Shown piece after piece: positions 27,685 to 36,900 of a stretch of 40,956 bases of DNA. A program made the translations under genes and the position numbers. The notes under the pieces were generated by a model. It was not told where the DNA came from. It saw nothing but the letters and a program-made list of their open reading frames with translations, and did no database searches. This stretch comes from Anaerolineae bacterium (lineage in GTDB: Bacteria; Chloroflexota; Anaerolineae; B4-G1; SLSP01), in the NCBI GenBank assembly GCA_049975025.1, contig JBNGDU010000113.1:1-40956 (forward strand), in the 5' to 3' direction. Within the stretch, counting starts at the first letter, position 1; each line of letters starts with the position of its first letter.

Positions 27685-27803
27685 GAGGTTGGGTTTTTGC
27701 GCAAGGTGAATCTCTGAGCTTCATATGTTCAGGTCTCATCTGTGGCGCATTGCCCGTGAACCTGGATGGTTTTTGATCACGTTAGCCTTCTAAGGAGGGT
27801 AAG

Positions 27804-28775
27804 ATGGAAACCACGTATTTGGGGCGGACCGGCCTGAAGGTGAGCCGTCTCTGTCTGGGCACGATGAACTTCGGTCCCCGCACAACCGAGGAGGACAGCC
27901 ACGCCATTATGGATCGGGCGTTGGAGTTAGGTATCAATTTCTTTGATACGGCCAATGTCTACGGCCATCAGTTCGGCGAGGGATTGACCGAGCAGATCAT
28001 CGGTCGTTGGCTGGCTCAGGGTGGCGGGCGGCGCGACAAGATCGTGCTCGCGACCAAGGTCTACAATGCGATGGGCGAGGGTCCGAATGACCGCGGGCTT
28101 TCCGCCTATCATATCAAGAAGGCCTGCGAGGACAGCCTGCGGCGGCTCCAGACCGACCACATCGACATCTACCAGATGCACCACATTCAGCGCGACACCC
28201 CCTGGGAGGAGATCTGGCAGGCGATGGAGCAGTTGGTCCGGGAGGGCAAAGTGCTCTACGTGGGCAGCAGCAACTTCGGCGGTTGGCATATCGCCAAGGC
28301 GCAGTGTGCCGCCAAGTCCCGCAACTTCATGGGCCTCGTCTCCGAGCAGAGCAAGTACAATCTTGCCGAACGCACGGTTGAGCTTGAGGTCCTGCCCGCA
28401 GCCGAGGACTACGGGCTCGGGGTGATCCCCTACAGCCCGCTGGCTGGTGGTATGCTGGGCGGCGTGCTCCAGACTGAGTCAGAAGGACGGCGCAGCTCCG
28501 ATCGCATGCAGGAGCGTGTGGAGCGGCTTCGCGATCAGCTCGAGGCCTACGAAGGCCTCTGTGCCGAGCTGGGCGAGGAGCCGGCGAACGTCGCGCTAGC
28601 CTGGTTGCTTCACAATCCCGTCATCACGGCGCCGATCATCGGCCCGCGAACCATGGAGCAGTTGGTGGGGAGCGTGCGGTCGGTGGAGATCGAGTTGTCC
28701 GACGAGGTGCTCGACCGGCTGGATGAGATCTGGCCCGGCCCAGGCGGTCCGGCGCCCGAGGCGTACGCTTGGTAA
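27804..28775 (+). CDS. aldo/keto reductase
   Basis: 323 aa. GLKVSRLCLGTMNFG, FFDTANVYG, LATKV, IDIYQMH, VGSSNF. SD aaggagg. Confidence 0.9.
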   Translation: METTYLGRTGLKVSRLCLGTMNFGPRTTEEDSHAIMDRALELGINFFDTANVYGHQFGEGLTEQIIGRWLAQGGGRRDKIVLATKVYNAMGEGPNDRGLSAYHIKKACEDSLRRLQTDHIDIYQMHHIQRDTPWEEIWQAMEQLVREGKVLYVGSSNFGGWHIAKAQCAAKSRNFMGLVSEQSKYNLAERTVELEVLPAAEDYGLGVIPYSPLAGGMLGGVLQTESEGRRSSDRMQERVERLRDQLEAYEGLCAELGEEPANVALAWLLHNPVITAPIIGPRTMEQLVGSVRSVEIELSDEVLDRLDEIWPGPGGPAPEAYAW

Positions 28776-28798
28776 TCGGCTAGAATTCACGTCAACCG

Positions 28799-28844
28799 CT
28801 CAGCCGAGCGCGGATCATCCGCGCTCGGCTGAGCTCATTTCTTT
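28799..28844 (+). terminator. Rho-independent terminator of the aldo/keto reductase gene
   Basis: Perfect 16-bp stem ctcagccgagcgcgga / tccgcgctcggctgag with a 3-nt loop, followed by ctcatttcttt. Confidence 0.85.
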
Positions 28845-28951
28845 GGATCGGTGGCGGTGCGTCAAAGCCCGTGTATAATGGGCGTTGTCAGATTGCTGCC
28901 TTTGCCTTAGTATCGCACGAGATTTTGTTCGTAGATGGACAAGGAGAGGCG

Positions 28952-31375
28952 ATGGAGATAAGCCGGGGGCCGAGTGATCAGGTTGTGTCCTCTCCGGGCC
29001 CGCACCAGGGGCCCGAAGTCGCGGCTTACCAGCGGGGTTCCGTGCTGGCCGACTGCCTGCGTCCGGCCTCGATCATCCTAGGTCTCCTCTACGTACTCTT
29101 CGGCATGGCCTACGCGCAACTGCCGCCACCCGATGCGCGTGTCCTTTCCCCTCCGGCTTTCGCCACCGCCGTGCTTCTCCTCGGGCTTTCCTGGGCGCTC
29201 GGGCGCTACGACCGGTGGCAAGCGCGCGCTCATCTCTTGGCAGCTACGGTCGCCGGATTGGTGCTGGTCAACGTGTTGCTTCACTTGGTTGTGACTCGCG
29301 ATCCGCTGCAGGTGATCAACCTGGTGCTGCTGATAGTCGGTGCTGCGTTCCTCTTCTCCTCCACGACTTGGTTGATCGGCCTTGTTTTGGTTATACAGAT
29401 GAGTTGGTGGTCCATCGCGCTCTCTCCATTGGGCGACCGAACCTGGATCCCCTATGGCCTCGGTCTCGTCGCTGCATCCGCCCTGAGCTTGATGATCCAT
29501 CTGGCCCGCAGCCGAAGCCATCAGTATCTCCAGAACTTGCGGCGTCTTGCGCGGAAGCAGAGCTTCAAGGTGGAGGAGCGCGCTCGACAGTTGGAGACGC
29601 TCATCGACCTAAGCCATGAGATGAACCAATCTTTGGACCTCGGGGGGTTGCTGCACCACGTCGGTGGCGTCCTCCGGGCCCGTTTTGGCTACGATTACGT
29701 GGCCGTCTTTCTGCTTGAGCCCGGCGAGCAGGGCCTAGCGCTGCGGGCCGCAACGGGAGAAGAGGGCCGGGAGTTGGTCGAGAGCGGCCACCGTGTGCCC
29801 CTGGGGGAGGATAATCTGATAGGGACGGTGGCGGAACGACGGGAGCCGATGATCCTGAGCGCCTCAGCCGAGCCCGAGGGGTCTGCTTTTGCCAGCACAC
29901 CCCCGAGCATGGGGTCGGAGATGGCGCTGCCGTTGGAGACCGGTGGCGCTCTGGTCGGCGTGCTCGATATCCGAGCCGAGGCGCCGGATGCCTTCGACGA
30001 GACGGACTTGCGCCTCTGCCTCTCTCTGGCGGGGCAGTTGGCGATGGCGATTCAAAACGCTTCTCGCTACGAGCTCGAGCACTCCAGACGCTTGTTGACG
30101 GAGCATCTCTATGCCGTCGGTCGAGCGCTCTCGCGAACCTTGGAGACGCCGGAAATCCTGGACCTGATCCTCGACAGCTTAGGACAGATCGTCTCCTTTG
30201 ACCGCGCCTCCGTGTTGCTGGCGCGCGGCGATGAATTGGAGATCGTGGCGGCGCGCGGATTCCCGGCTGAAAGCAACCCTCAGGAGATCCGCGTCCCCAT
30301 CACGAAGGACGACGTCTACGATCGCATCTGCCGGACCAAAGCGCCGCTGGTCCTACCTCAGATCCGCGCCTCCGACGGTTGGAAGTACGTGGATGACCTG
30401 CCGAGGGCGCAATCTTGGGTGGGGCTGCCGCTGATCGACGCCGCGGATGAGGTCATCGGCATGCTGTCCCTGACGCGCGAGGCGCCCGAGCCCTACACGG
30501 AAGAGGAGGCCGCGCTGGGCACAGCCTTCGCGGGGCAGGCCGGCGTCGCTTTGCAGAACGCACGGCTCTACATGGAGCTATCGCAGGCCTATCAACAACT
30601 GGAGCGGCTGGACCGCGCGAAGTCAGACTTCATCAGCCTGGCCTCCCACGAGCTGCGCACGCCCTTGACGGTGATGATGGGATACACACATATGCTCTTA
30701 CGGGAACCGCTGATGCTGGAGGACCCCGGGGCTAAGATGATGATCGAGGGCCTGGAGGTGGGCGTCACCCGATTGCAGGAGATCGTGGATCGGATGGTCG
30801 ACGTGGCGGAGATCGAGAGCCAGCATCTGCAGCTTCATTACCTGCCGATCTCGCTCTATGAGCTTTTGGAGGAGGTGAGTTGGTCCTTCACCGATGTCGC
30901 AAAGGAGCGCCATCTCACGCTCTCCGTCGAGGACTTTTCGATGCTCCCGGACGTGGAAGCCGACCACGTGAATCTCTATAAGGTCTTCTACCATCTCCTG
31001 ATGAACGCGGTGAAGTACACGCCGGACGGCGGCGACATCCGCATCTCAGCCCGGGAAGTGAAGCTGGACCGGTCCGACCGCCAGGTGCCGGGGATTGACG
31101 TGATGGTGCGGGACACCGGCATCGGTATCGATCCCGACCACCACGAGAAGATCTTCGGCAAGTTCTTCCAACTTGGCGAGGTGACGTTGCACTCCTCCAG
31201 CGACGTCAACTTCGGGGGTGGGGGCCCGGGCCTGGGCCTGGCGATTGTGCGGGGGATCGTCGAGGCGCACGGCGGTCGGGTCTGGGTGGAGAGCCCGGGC
31301 TACGACGCGCAGGCCTGTCCCGGCAGCTGCTTCCACGTCGTGCTCCCACTTGAGCAGCCGGCTAAAGATATGTGA
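28952..31375 (+). CDS. orphan sensor histidine kinase (about 6 TM, two GAF domains, HisKA, HATPase)
   Basis: The ATG at 28952 follows aaggagagg. Multi-TM N-terminus. Two GAF-like regions (GVLDIRAE..; GMLSLTRE..). H-box [13 protein letters not shown]-box LLMNAVKYT, DTGIGI, GPGLGLAI. Confidence 0.85.
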   Translation: MEISRGPSDQVVSSPGPHQGPEVAAYQRGSVLADCLRPASIILGLLYVLFGMAYAQLPPPDARVLSPPAFATAVLLLGLSWALGRYDRWQARAHLLAATVAGLVLVNVLLHLVVTRDPLQVINLVLLIVGAAFLFSSTTWLIGLVLVIQMSWWSIALSPLGDRTWIPYGLGLVAASALSLMIHLARSRSHQYLQNLRRLARKQSFKVEERARQLETLIDLSHEMNQSLDLGGLLHHVGGVLRARFGYDYVAVFLLEPGEQGLALRAATGEEGRELVESGHRVPLGEDNLIGTVAERREPMILSASAEPEGSAFASTPPSMGSEMALPLETGGALVGVLDIRAEAPDAFDETDLRLCLSLAGQLAMAIQNASRYELEHSRRLLTEHLYAVGRALSRTLETPEILDLILDSLGQIVSFDRASVLLARGDELEIVAARGFPAESNPQEIRVPITKDDVYDRICRTKAPLVLPQIRASDGWKYVDDLPRAQSWVGLPLIDAADEVIGMLSLTREAPEPYTEEEAALGTAFAGQAGVALQNARLYMELSQAYQQLERLDRAKSDFISLASHELRTPLTVMMGYTHMLLREPLMLEDPGAKMMIEGLEVGVTRLQEIVDRMVDVAEIESQHLQLHYLPISLYELLEEVSWSFTDVAKERHLTLSVEDFSMLPDVEADHVNLYKVFYHLLMNAVKYTPDGGDIRISAREVKLDRSDRQVPGIDVMVRDTGIGIDPDHHEKIFGKFFQLGEVTLHSSSDVNFGGGGPGLGLAIVRGIVEAHGGRVWVESPGYDAQACPGSCFHVVLPLEQPAKDM

Positions 31376-31489
31376 GGTGCCGGTGACACGAGGTCTACGT
31401 AGCCGTGTCCGCTACGATGAGACCTTCGGGAACCCTATCGTCACGTTCGGATATGCGATCGCCTTGCTGCACCACATCTCTCCCAACGC

Positions 31490-32524
31490 CTAAGCCCACG
31501 GATCGAGGACGATCTTCCCGCATTTGTGAGAGGCCGAAAGGGCCAGCGCGTCCTGCACTTGGCTCATCGGGAAGCGGTGGCTGATCTGGATGTCCAACTT
31601 GTCACGGCTTGCGCGGATCACCTGCATGATCTTGTCGAAATCGTTCACGCTGTAGTGCCACTGACCGATCAACGTCAGGCCCTTGCGCAATAGGTCGGGG
31701 CTGACGGTGATCGGCAGCATGTCCCCGCTCTCTGCGACGAAGCACACCCGACCTTTGGGCCGGGTAGCGTCGATGCACAGGCGCTGAGATGCCGTGACAC
31801 CGGCGCAGTCGATGGCGCAGGTGACGCCCAGATCGCCCTCGGTGAGCGACCGGATCCGGTCGAGGACGTCTGCGTCCCGAGAATCGACGACGGCGTCGGC
31901 CCCCAGCATCTTAGCCCGTTCCATCCTCCAGGGCTCCAGCTCCGCTACGATGACCTGCGCGCCTCGAAACTTCGCGTTGATGATCGCGCCCTGGCCCACC
32001 GGCCCTGCACCGGTGATCAACACCGTGTCGAAGGCATCCACCCGGGCCGTCTGCATCGCGCCGAAGGTGGGTCCCAGCCCGCACCAGGCCATAGCGGCGT
32101 GCGCGTCGGAGATATCGTCGGGGATCTTGGGGAGCAGCCAGGCAGCGCCGAGACGGTACTGCGCGTAGGCGCCCGTCACCTCAGGCTCGCCGGTGAACAT
32201 CAGGTAATCGACCTGGTTCCGGCAGTGAAGGAAGTCGCCGGCGCGGCAGTAGACGCAGCGACCGCAAGGCCCGGCTCCCATAAGGACCACCCTGTCGCCG
32301 ACCTCCACGCCGCAGGGCTGCGCCACTTCGACCACCTCCCCGACGCCCTCGTGCCCCAGCCCCGGGATGCGGTCCCTGTCCCCCGGCCCTCTGAGCCAAG
32401 CCTTGTATTCCGTGCACATCGGCACGACCGTCATCTTGACCAGCGCCCAGTCCGCCTTGGGCTGCGGAATCGGCATCTCCACCAGCTCGGCCTGCTTCAC
32501 GTCGGTGATAACGACCTTCTTCAT
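31490..32524 (-). CDS. zinc-dependent medium-chain alcohol dehydrogenase family protein
   Basis: GHEGVGEV Zn motif, structural-Zn Cys cluster CGRCVYCRAGDFLHC, Rossmann GAGPVG. Start chosen at MKKVVITD; a GTG at 32542 and an ATG at 32536 are also possible. Confidence 0.85.
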   Translation of the reverse strand: MKKVVITDVKQAELVEMPIPQPKADWALVKMTVVPMCTEYKAWLRGPGDRDRIPGLGHEGVGEVVEVAQPCGVEVGDRVVLMGAGPCGRCVYCRAGDFLHCRNQVDYLMFTGEPEVTGAYAQYRLGAAWLLPKIPDDISDAHAAMAWCGLGPTFGAMQTARVDAFDTVLITGAGPVGQGAIINAKFRGAQVIVAELEPWRMERAKMLGADAVVDSRDADVLDRIRSLTEGDLGVTCAIDCAGVTASQRLCIDATRPKGRVCFVAESGDMLPITVSPDLLRKGLTLIGQWHYSVNDFDKIMQVIRASRDKLDIQISHRFPMSQVQDALALSASHKCGKIVLDPWA

Positions 32525-32602
32525 CGAGCCTTCCATCGGCACCTCTTCGTTTGGGGGACTGATGTACGATAGGTTTATTCAGAGAGCGGCGCGCTGTACA
32601 GC

Positions 32603-33661
32603 TCAGGCCTCACCTGACGCCAGACGAGCCCGCAGCGCGTCGAGCATGCCGTCTGGAGGGTCGAAGGGGAGGTCAATCGCCGTCGAGGCCAGCGCGCCGG
32701 CGTAAGTCGCCAGGATGATGCTGAACTGCTCCAGGTTGAGCTGGAGTCGCGTCGGGTGGAGCTTCTCAGGGTCAGCTGCCCAATCAAAGGCCGCGTCCAT
32801 CAACCGGGCCTGCGCGCGTACGTCCTCGTAGGCATACTCGTGCGACCCGCTCCGGTAGCCTTCCTCCGGCGTGAACCGCTCCCAGCCGTGCATCGTCCAG
32901 TGCACGAAGCCCTGCGTCCCATAGACCGCGATCCGCTTGTGCATATAGATCACCGGATGGTCCCCAACCGTAGGCGCGATATGACCGCTGAGCAACATCG
33001 CCCGCACGCCGTTCTCGAAGGTGATGGCGGCCTCGGCGATGTCCGGCGATGGCTGGTAGCCGACCCCGCGCGGGAGGTCGCGCTTCGGCGCCAGGTTCCC
33101 GGCCCCGGAGACCTGCCCAAAGACGCGGACCGGTGAGGCGTTTCCATTGTAGGTATAGGCCAGCTCCAGGACGTGGACGCCCTGATCCAGGATGGTGGAG
33201 CGTGCGCTGGCGTCCAGGAAGCGTACCTCGCCGATACGCCCATCCGCCACGAGCTGTTTGAGCTCCAGATTCTGCTTGTGGAAGTGCAGTTGGGTGTTCA
33301 CCACGAAGCGGGTCTCTGACGTCTCGTTGAGGGCCTTGATCTGGCGGTAATCCTCGCCCTGCACCGCCACCGGCTTCTCCACGATGGCGACGGGCACCTC
33401 GTGCTCGGCGGCGATCCGCATCAGGTCGACCCGGATGGTCGGCGCCGTGACAATGTCCACGACATCCGGGCGCTCCTTCTCCAGCATCTCGTGGTAGTCG
33501 GTGTAGCGATGGGCCTCGTCAATGCCGAAGTCGTCTCCGAAGGCCTGGAGACGCTCCTCGTTGAGATCGCAGATCGCTCCGATCTCGCCGTTCTGCACGA
33601 ATTCGAACGCCTCAGCGTGCCGGCGTGCGCGCGGGCCGCAGCCCAGGTGCGCTAGTTTCAT
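32603..33661 (-). CDS. Gfo/Idh/MocA family oxidoreductase
   Basis: 352 aa. N-terminal Rossmann fold with VDIVTAPTIRVDLMRIAAEHEVPVAIVEKP (EKP motif). Confidence 0.85.
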   Translation of the reverse strand: MKLAHLGCGPRARRHAEAFEFVQNGEIGAICDLNEERLQAFGDDFGIDEAHRYTDYHEMLEKERPDVVDIVTAPTIRVDLMRIAAEHEVPVAIVEKPVAVQGEDYRQIKALNETSETRFVVNTQLHFHKQNLELKQLVADGRIGEVRFLDASARSTILDQGVHVLELAYTYNGNASPVRVFGQVSGAGNLAPKRDLPRGVGYQPSPDIAEAAITFENGVRAMLLSGHIAPTVGDHPVIYMHKRIAVYGTQGFVHWTMHGWERFTPEEGYRSGSHEYAYEDVRAQARLMDAAFDWAADPEKLHPTRLQLNLEQFSIILATYAGALASTAIDLPFDPPDGMLDALRARLASGEA

Positions 33662-33792
33662 GGTGATCTCTCCCTATTCCGGTTCTGGTCGCGAACGCGA
33701 TAGGATCCCCAACCATTGTAGTGAGCCTATGTCTGTGCGCAAGGAGCCATTGATAGTCGGGTGCGCGTCAGATTTCCGCATCGCGTCACGCC

Positions 33793-33876
33793 CAACCCTA
33801 AAAGTGCGGGTCATGACAGAACCATCGCAGCACGCCTGAATCTCCCTGAGACATCACCGCCGCACCTTTAGGGTTG
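33793..33876. repeat. imperfect 17-bp inverted repeat downstream of the giant helicase gene
   Basis: caaccctaaaagtgcgg (33793-33809) versus ccgcacctttagggttg (33860-33876), with one mismatch and a 50-nt spacer. Confidence 0.5.
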
Positions 33877-33982
33877 TCAGTAGGCGCGTTCTGCCAAAAA
33901 GCGACGCACACTCTTGATAGTCCCGCCTCGCACATTCTCCCGGTGGCGCTGAACGATTGTGGCCTTGACGAGCTCTACGGCA

Positions 33983-36900
33983 CTATGTTAACTTCGCAGC
34001 CAACTCATCCAGCCCTGTATCTGGATCCTCCGCCCGGACCACCACGACGCGATACCCTAACGCCTTCAGACGCCTGCGCTTGCGGGCATCGGCGGCCTGC
34101 ACGTAGTCGCGGTAGTGCGGGGAGCCGTCGACGAAGACGACGATCCTGGGCTCGTAGTAGAAGTCGGCGATGACCAGCGGCTCGTCGCCATCGTAGATTA
34201 CCTTCTGCGCCTCGTCCGGCAGCGGCAGTGCTCGATCGCGGATCGCCATCAGCACCTGCCGCTCAAGATCGGAGCCGCATTGCTCGACCAGGGCCCCGAA
34301 ACGATCCTCACTCACGACTGCGTCGACGCTTAGGTCGGCCAGCGACTGCAGCCACGGCAGCACCAAGGTCCGGTCGAGCAGCTCATGCACTCGCTGATTG
34401 TAGAAGCTCAGCAGGCATGCGTAACAGGCTTGCTCGCATCCTCCTTCCGGATCACCCTCGTGCAACAGCTCCCGCGCCCGATCTACGGTTGTCATCAGCC
34501 GACCCGGCTCACTCAACGAGGCCAACACACCGCTTCCCCCGACCGTCGTCTCATAGAGCACGATGCGATAGCGAATCACCTGCTCCGTCTCGGCGTCCTG
34601 CGGCACCGGTGCTAGGAATCCGTTGAGTTCACGCTCGTCGAGGTTGAATGCCACCAGCAAGGCGCGGAGCAAAGTGTGCGTCAGCGTGACGTAGAAGCTC
34701 TCAGCCTGATCCAGCGGCACGCCCTCAGGTAGGGGGACGTCGAAGAGGGCAAGATCACTGCGTATGGATGTCGTCAACCAAAGACCGCGCTCCAGATCCT
34801 CAGGTCCTGCGTGGCGCGGACATTCACCTTGGGCCTGTGGGGTATAGACATGCTTGTCCGGCGCATTATCGCCAAGCAGCCACGCATGGCACTTCCGGCA
34901 CAAGGTGAACCCCTCAGGACGCCCTTCAGCATCCGGGGGGCCTTGATTGATGCGCAGCACCTCACCATTGTGTTCCAGAGTCATCCTGAAGGCCTCAAGA
35001 CGCCTTCTCGAGACGGTGTACGCTTGCTGCTCACCACCCGCGCGGTAGTGAGATGATGTGACATATCCGCGCCGCCTGCGCTCCTCCTCATCAGCCGTGA
35101 TGCGGGCGCGCGCCTGCGCATACATATCGACCATCCCCATCGCCTTCTGCCCGTGGACGATGGTCAGATCTGCCCCGCAGTCACACCGCGCCCGCCCGAC
35201 CTCTGCCTGTCCCACATAGGCACGCTGACACTCCGGACAGATTTGGACGGGTTCAATGTCCAATTCCATCTCGCCCTTGCCGCTCTCATCATAGACGCGG
35301 CGCCGACGCGGTCGCGCGTGCGTGACCGCGTATTGCTCGCCGCGGTAGTAGACGAAGTTGCCCGGTGCGTACTCGCCTAGTGCGATCTCGGGATCACGAG
35401 CGAGCTCGTCCTCCCGATCGTTGAAAGAGAGAATTGTCGCCTGCGGCGGGAAAGCGTAACCCGGCAGAAAACCCTCACCGCCTAGGTATCGATAGAGATA
35501 CCAGTCCCCATGACCCTCCCGCATCCGCTGGAGTTTCCTTTCAATCACGTCCCGCCTGCGGCTCAGGCTGGGATCGACATGCTCAGAGCCCAGCGTGACG
35601 TTGATTGCCTCCCGTTCGGCATCAAGACGCTCATATTCCGTACGCCAGCGCTCCATCTTCAGATCGAGCGTGGGAACGAAGCCGCGGATTACCTCTTCGA
35701 TGAAAGGACGATCCAGCCACGCGAATCTGACCATCTCCGCCGCAAAGGCCGACTCAACGGCCTCGACAATCCTCGCAAAGTGAGTCTCGATGCCCTGCTG
35801 GTAGGCAGCCCGCCAGTCTGCAAACAGTGGATAGTGCGCGTCCGGACGGCTGTGGTCAAGGAGATCCTGCGGCTTGCCCGGCAACCGTTGGGCGCCCAGA
35901 AGCCCTAACGTCTCCAGAACTAGGGCGTGGATGTGGCTGGTGAGCAGCGCTTCGTTGTCCAACCGGAACCTGGGCGCGGCGATGGCCCCCGCGATCATCT
36001 TCTCCGGGAACCGGTAGAAGTACTGATCGTGCGGCCCGCGGGCGCTTCCCACGCCGGCAAAGACCGAGATCAAGGCCGCCTGACCGCTCCGCCCTGCCCG
36101 ACCGGCGCGCTGTGCGTAGTTGGAAGGACTCGGGGGCACATTTCTCAGCGTCACCGCGTTCAAATGGCCGATGTCGATACCGAGCTCCATCGTCGGTGTG
36201 CAAACCAGTACGTTCAGAGGATCCTCAGGATCGCGAAAACGAATCTCGATCTCGCGACGCTCTCTACCTCCGACCTGACCGGAGTGCTCCTCGGCGGTAA
36301 CCGGCATCGCCTGCCCAAGAGGGGTCGCATAGACCTTGCGGAAGTAGTTGTCCGTGAGATCCCGCTCTTCCAGCGTCGTCCGGCATGTCGAGCCGGTGCA
36401 GACCCGCAACGTGCGAAAGCGATGAACCGTGCCACACTTAGGGCAGCGCCAGTGCTCGCTTGCCTGGTCGGCCCACAGAAGTACGTCAGGGCTCAACATC
36501 CAGAGGTCGAATCGTCGCCGCGTACGATAGGGAGAGGCGGTGCGCCGGACCAGAAACTCCGCCCTTGGGTCCCCCAGCTTCTCCACGATACGCCCAAGTA
36601 GCCTCTGCGCGCTCTCAAAGTCCACAGGTTCACCTATAGCGTCAAAGACCCGCCGCAGCCAGACCATCGGCTGAGTGTTAGCAGAGGTCGTGAGCCGGTA
36701 GACGGTGAGCGGAAATCTGTTAGGGGCTGAGTCGCTGTAGCCTATTGGGCCTCTGAAGGTGTCGTCGTGGATGAAAGCTTCTTCGTTGAGGTTCCCCAAG
36801 ATATCGCGCGCGAACTTGAGGGGTTCCAGAATCGGCGAGTACGGCAGGGCCAAGCGTTTGCGCAGGATGTCCATTAGCCCCAGCAACAGATCGTAGCGGA

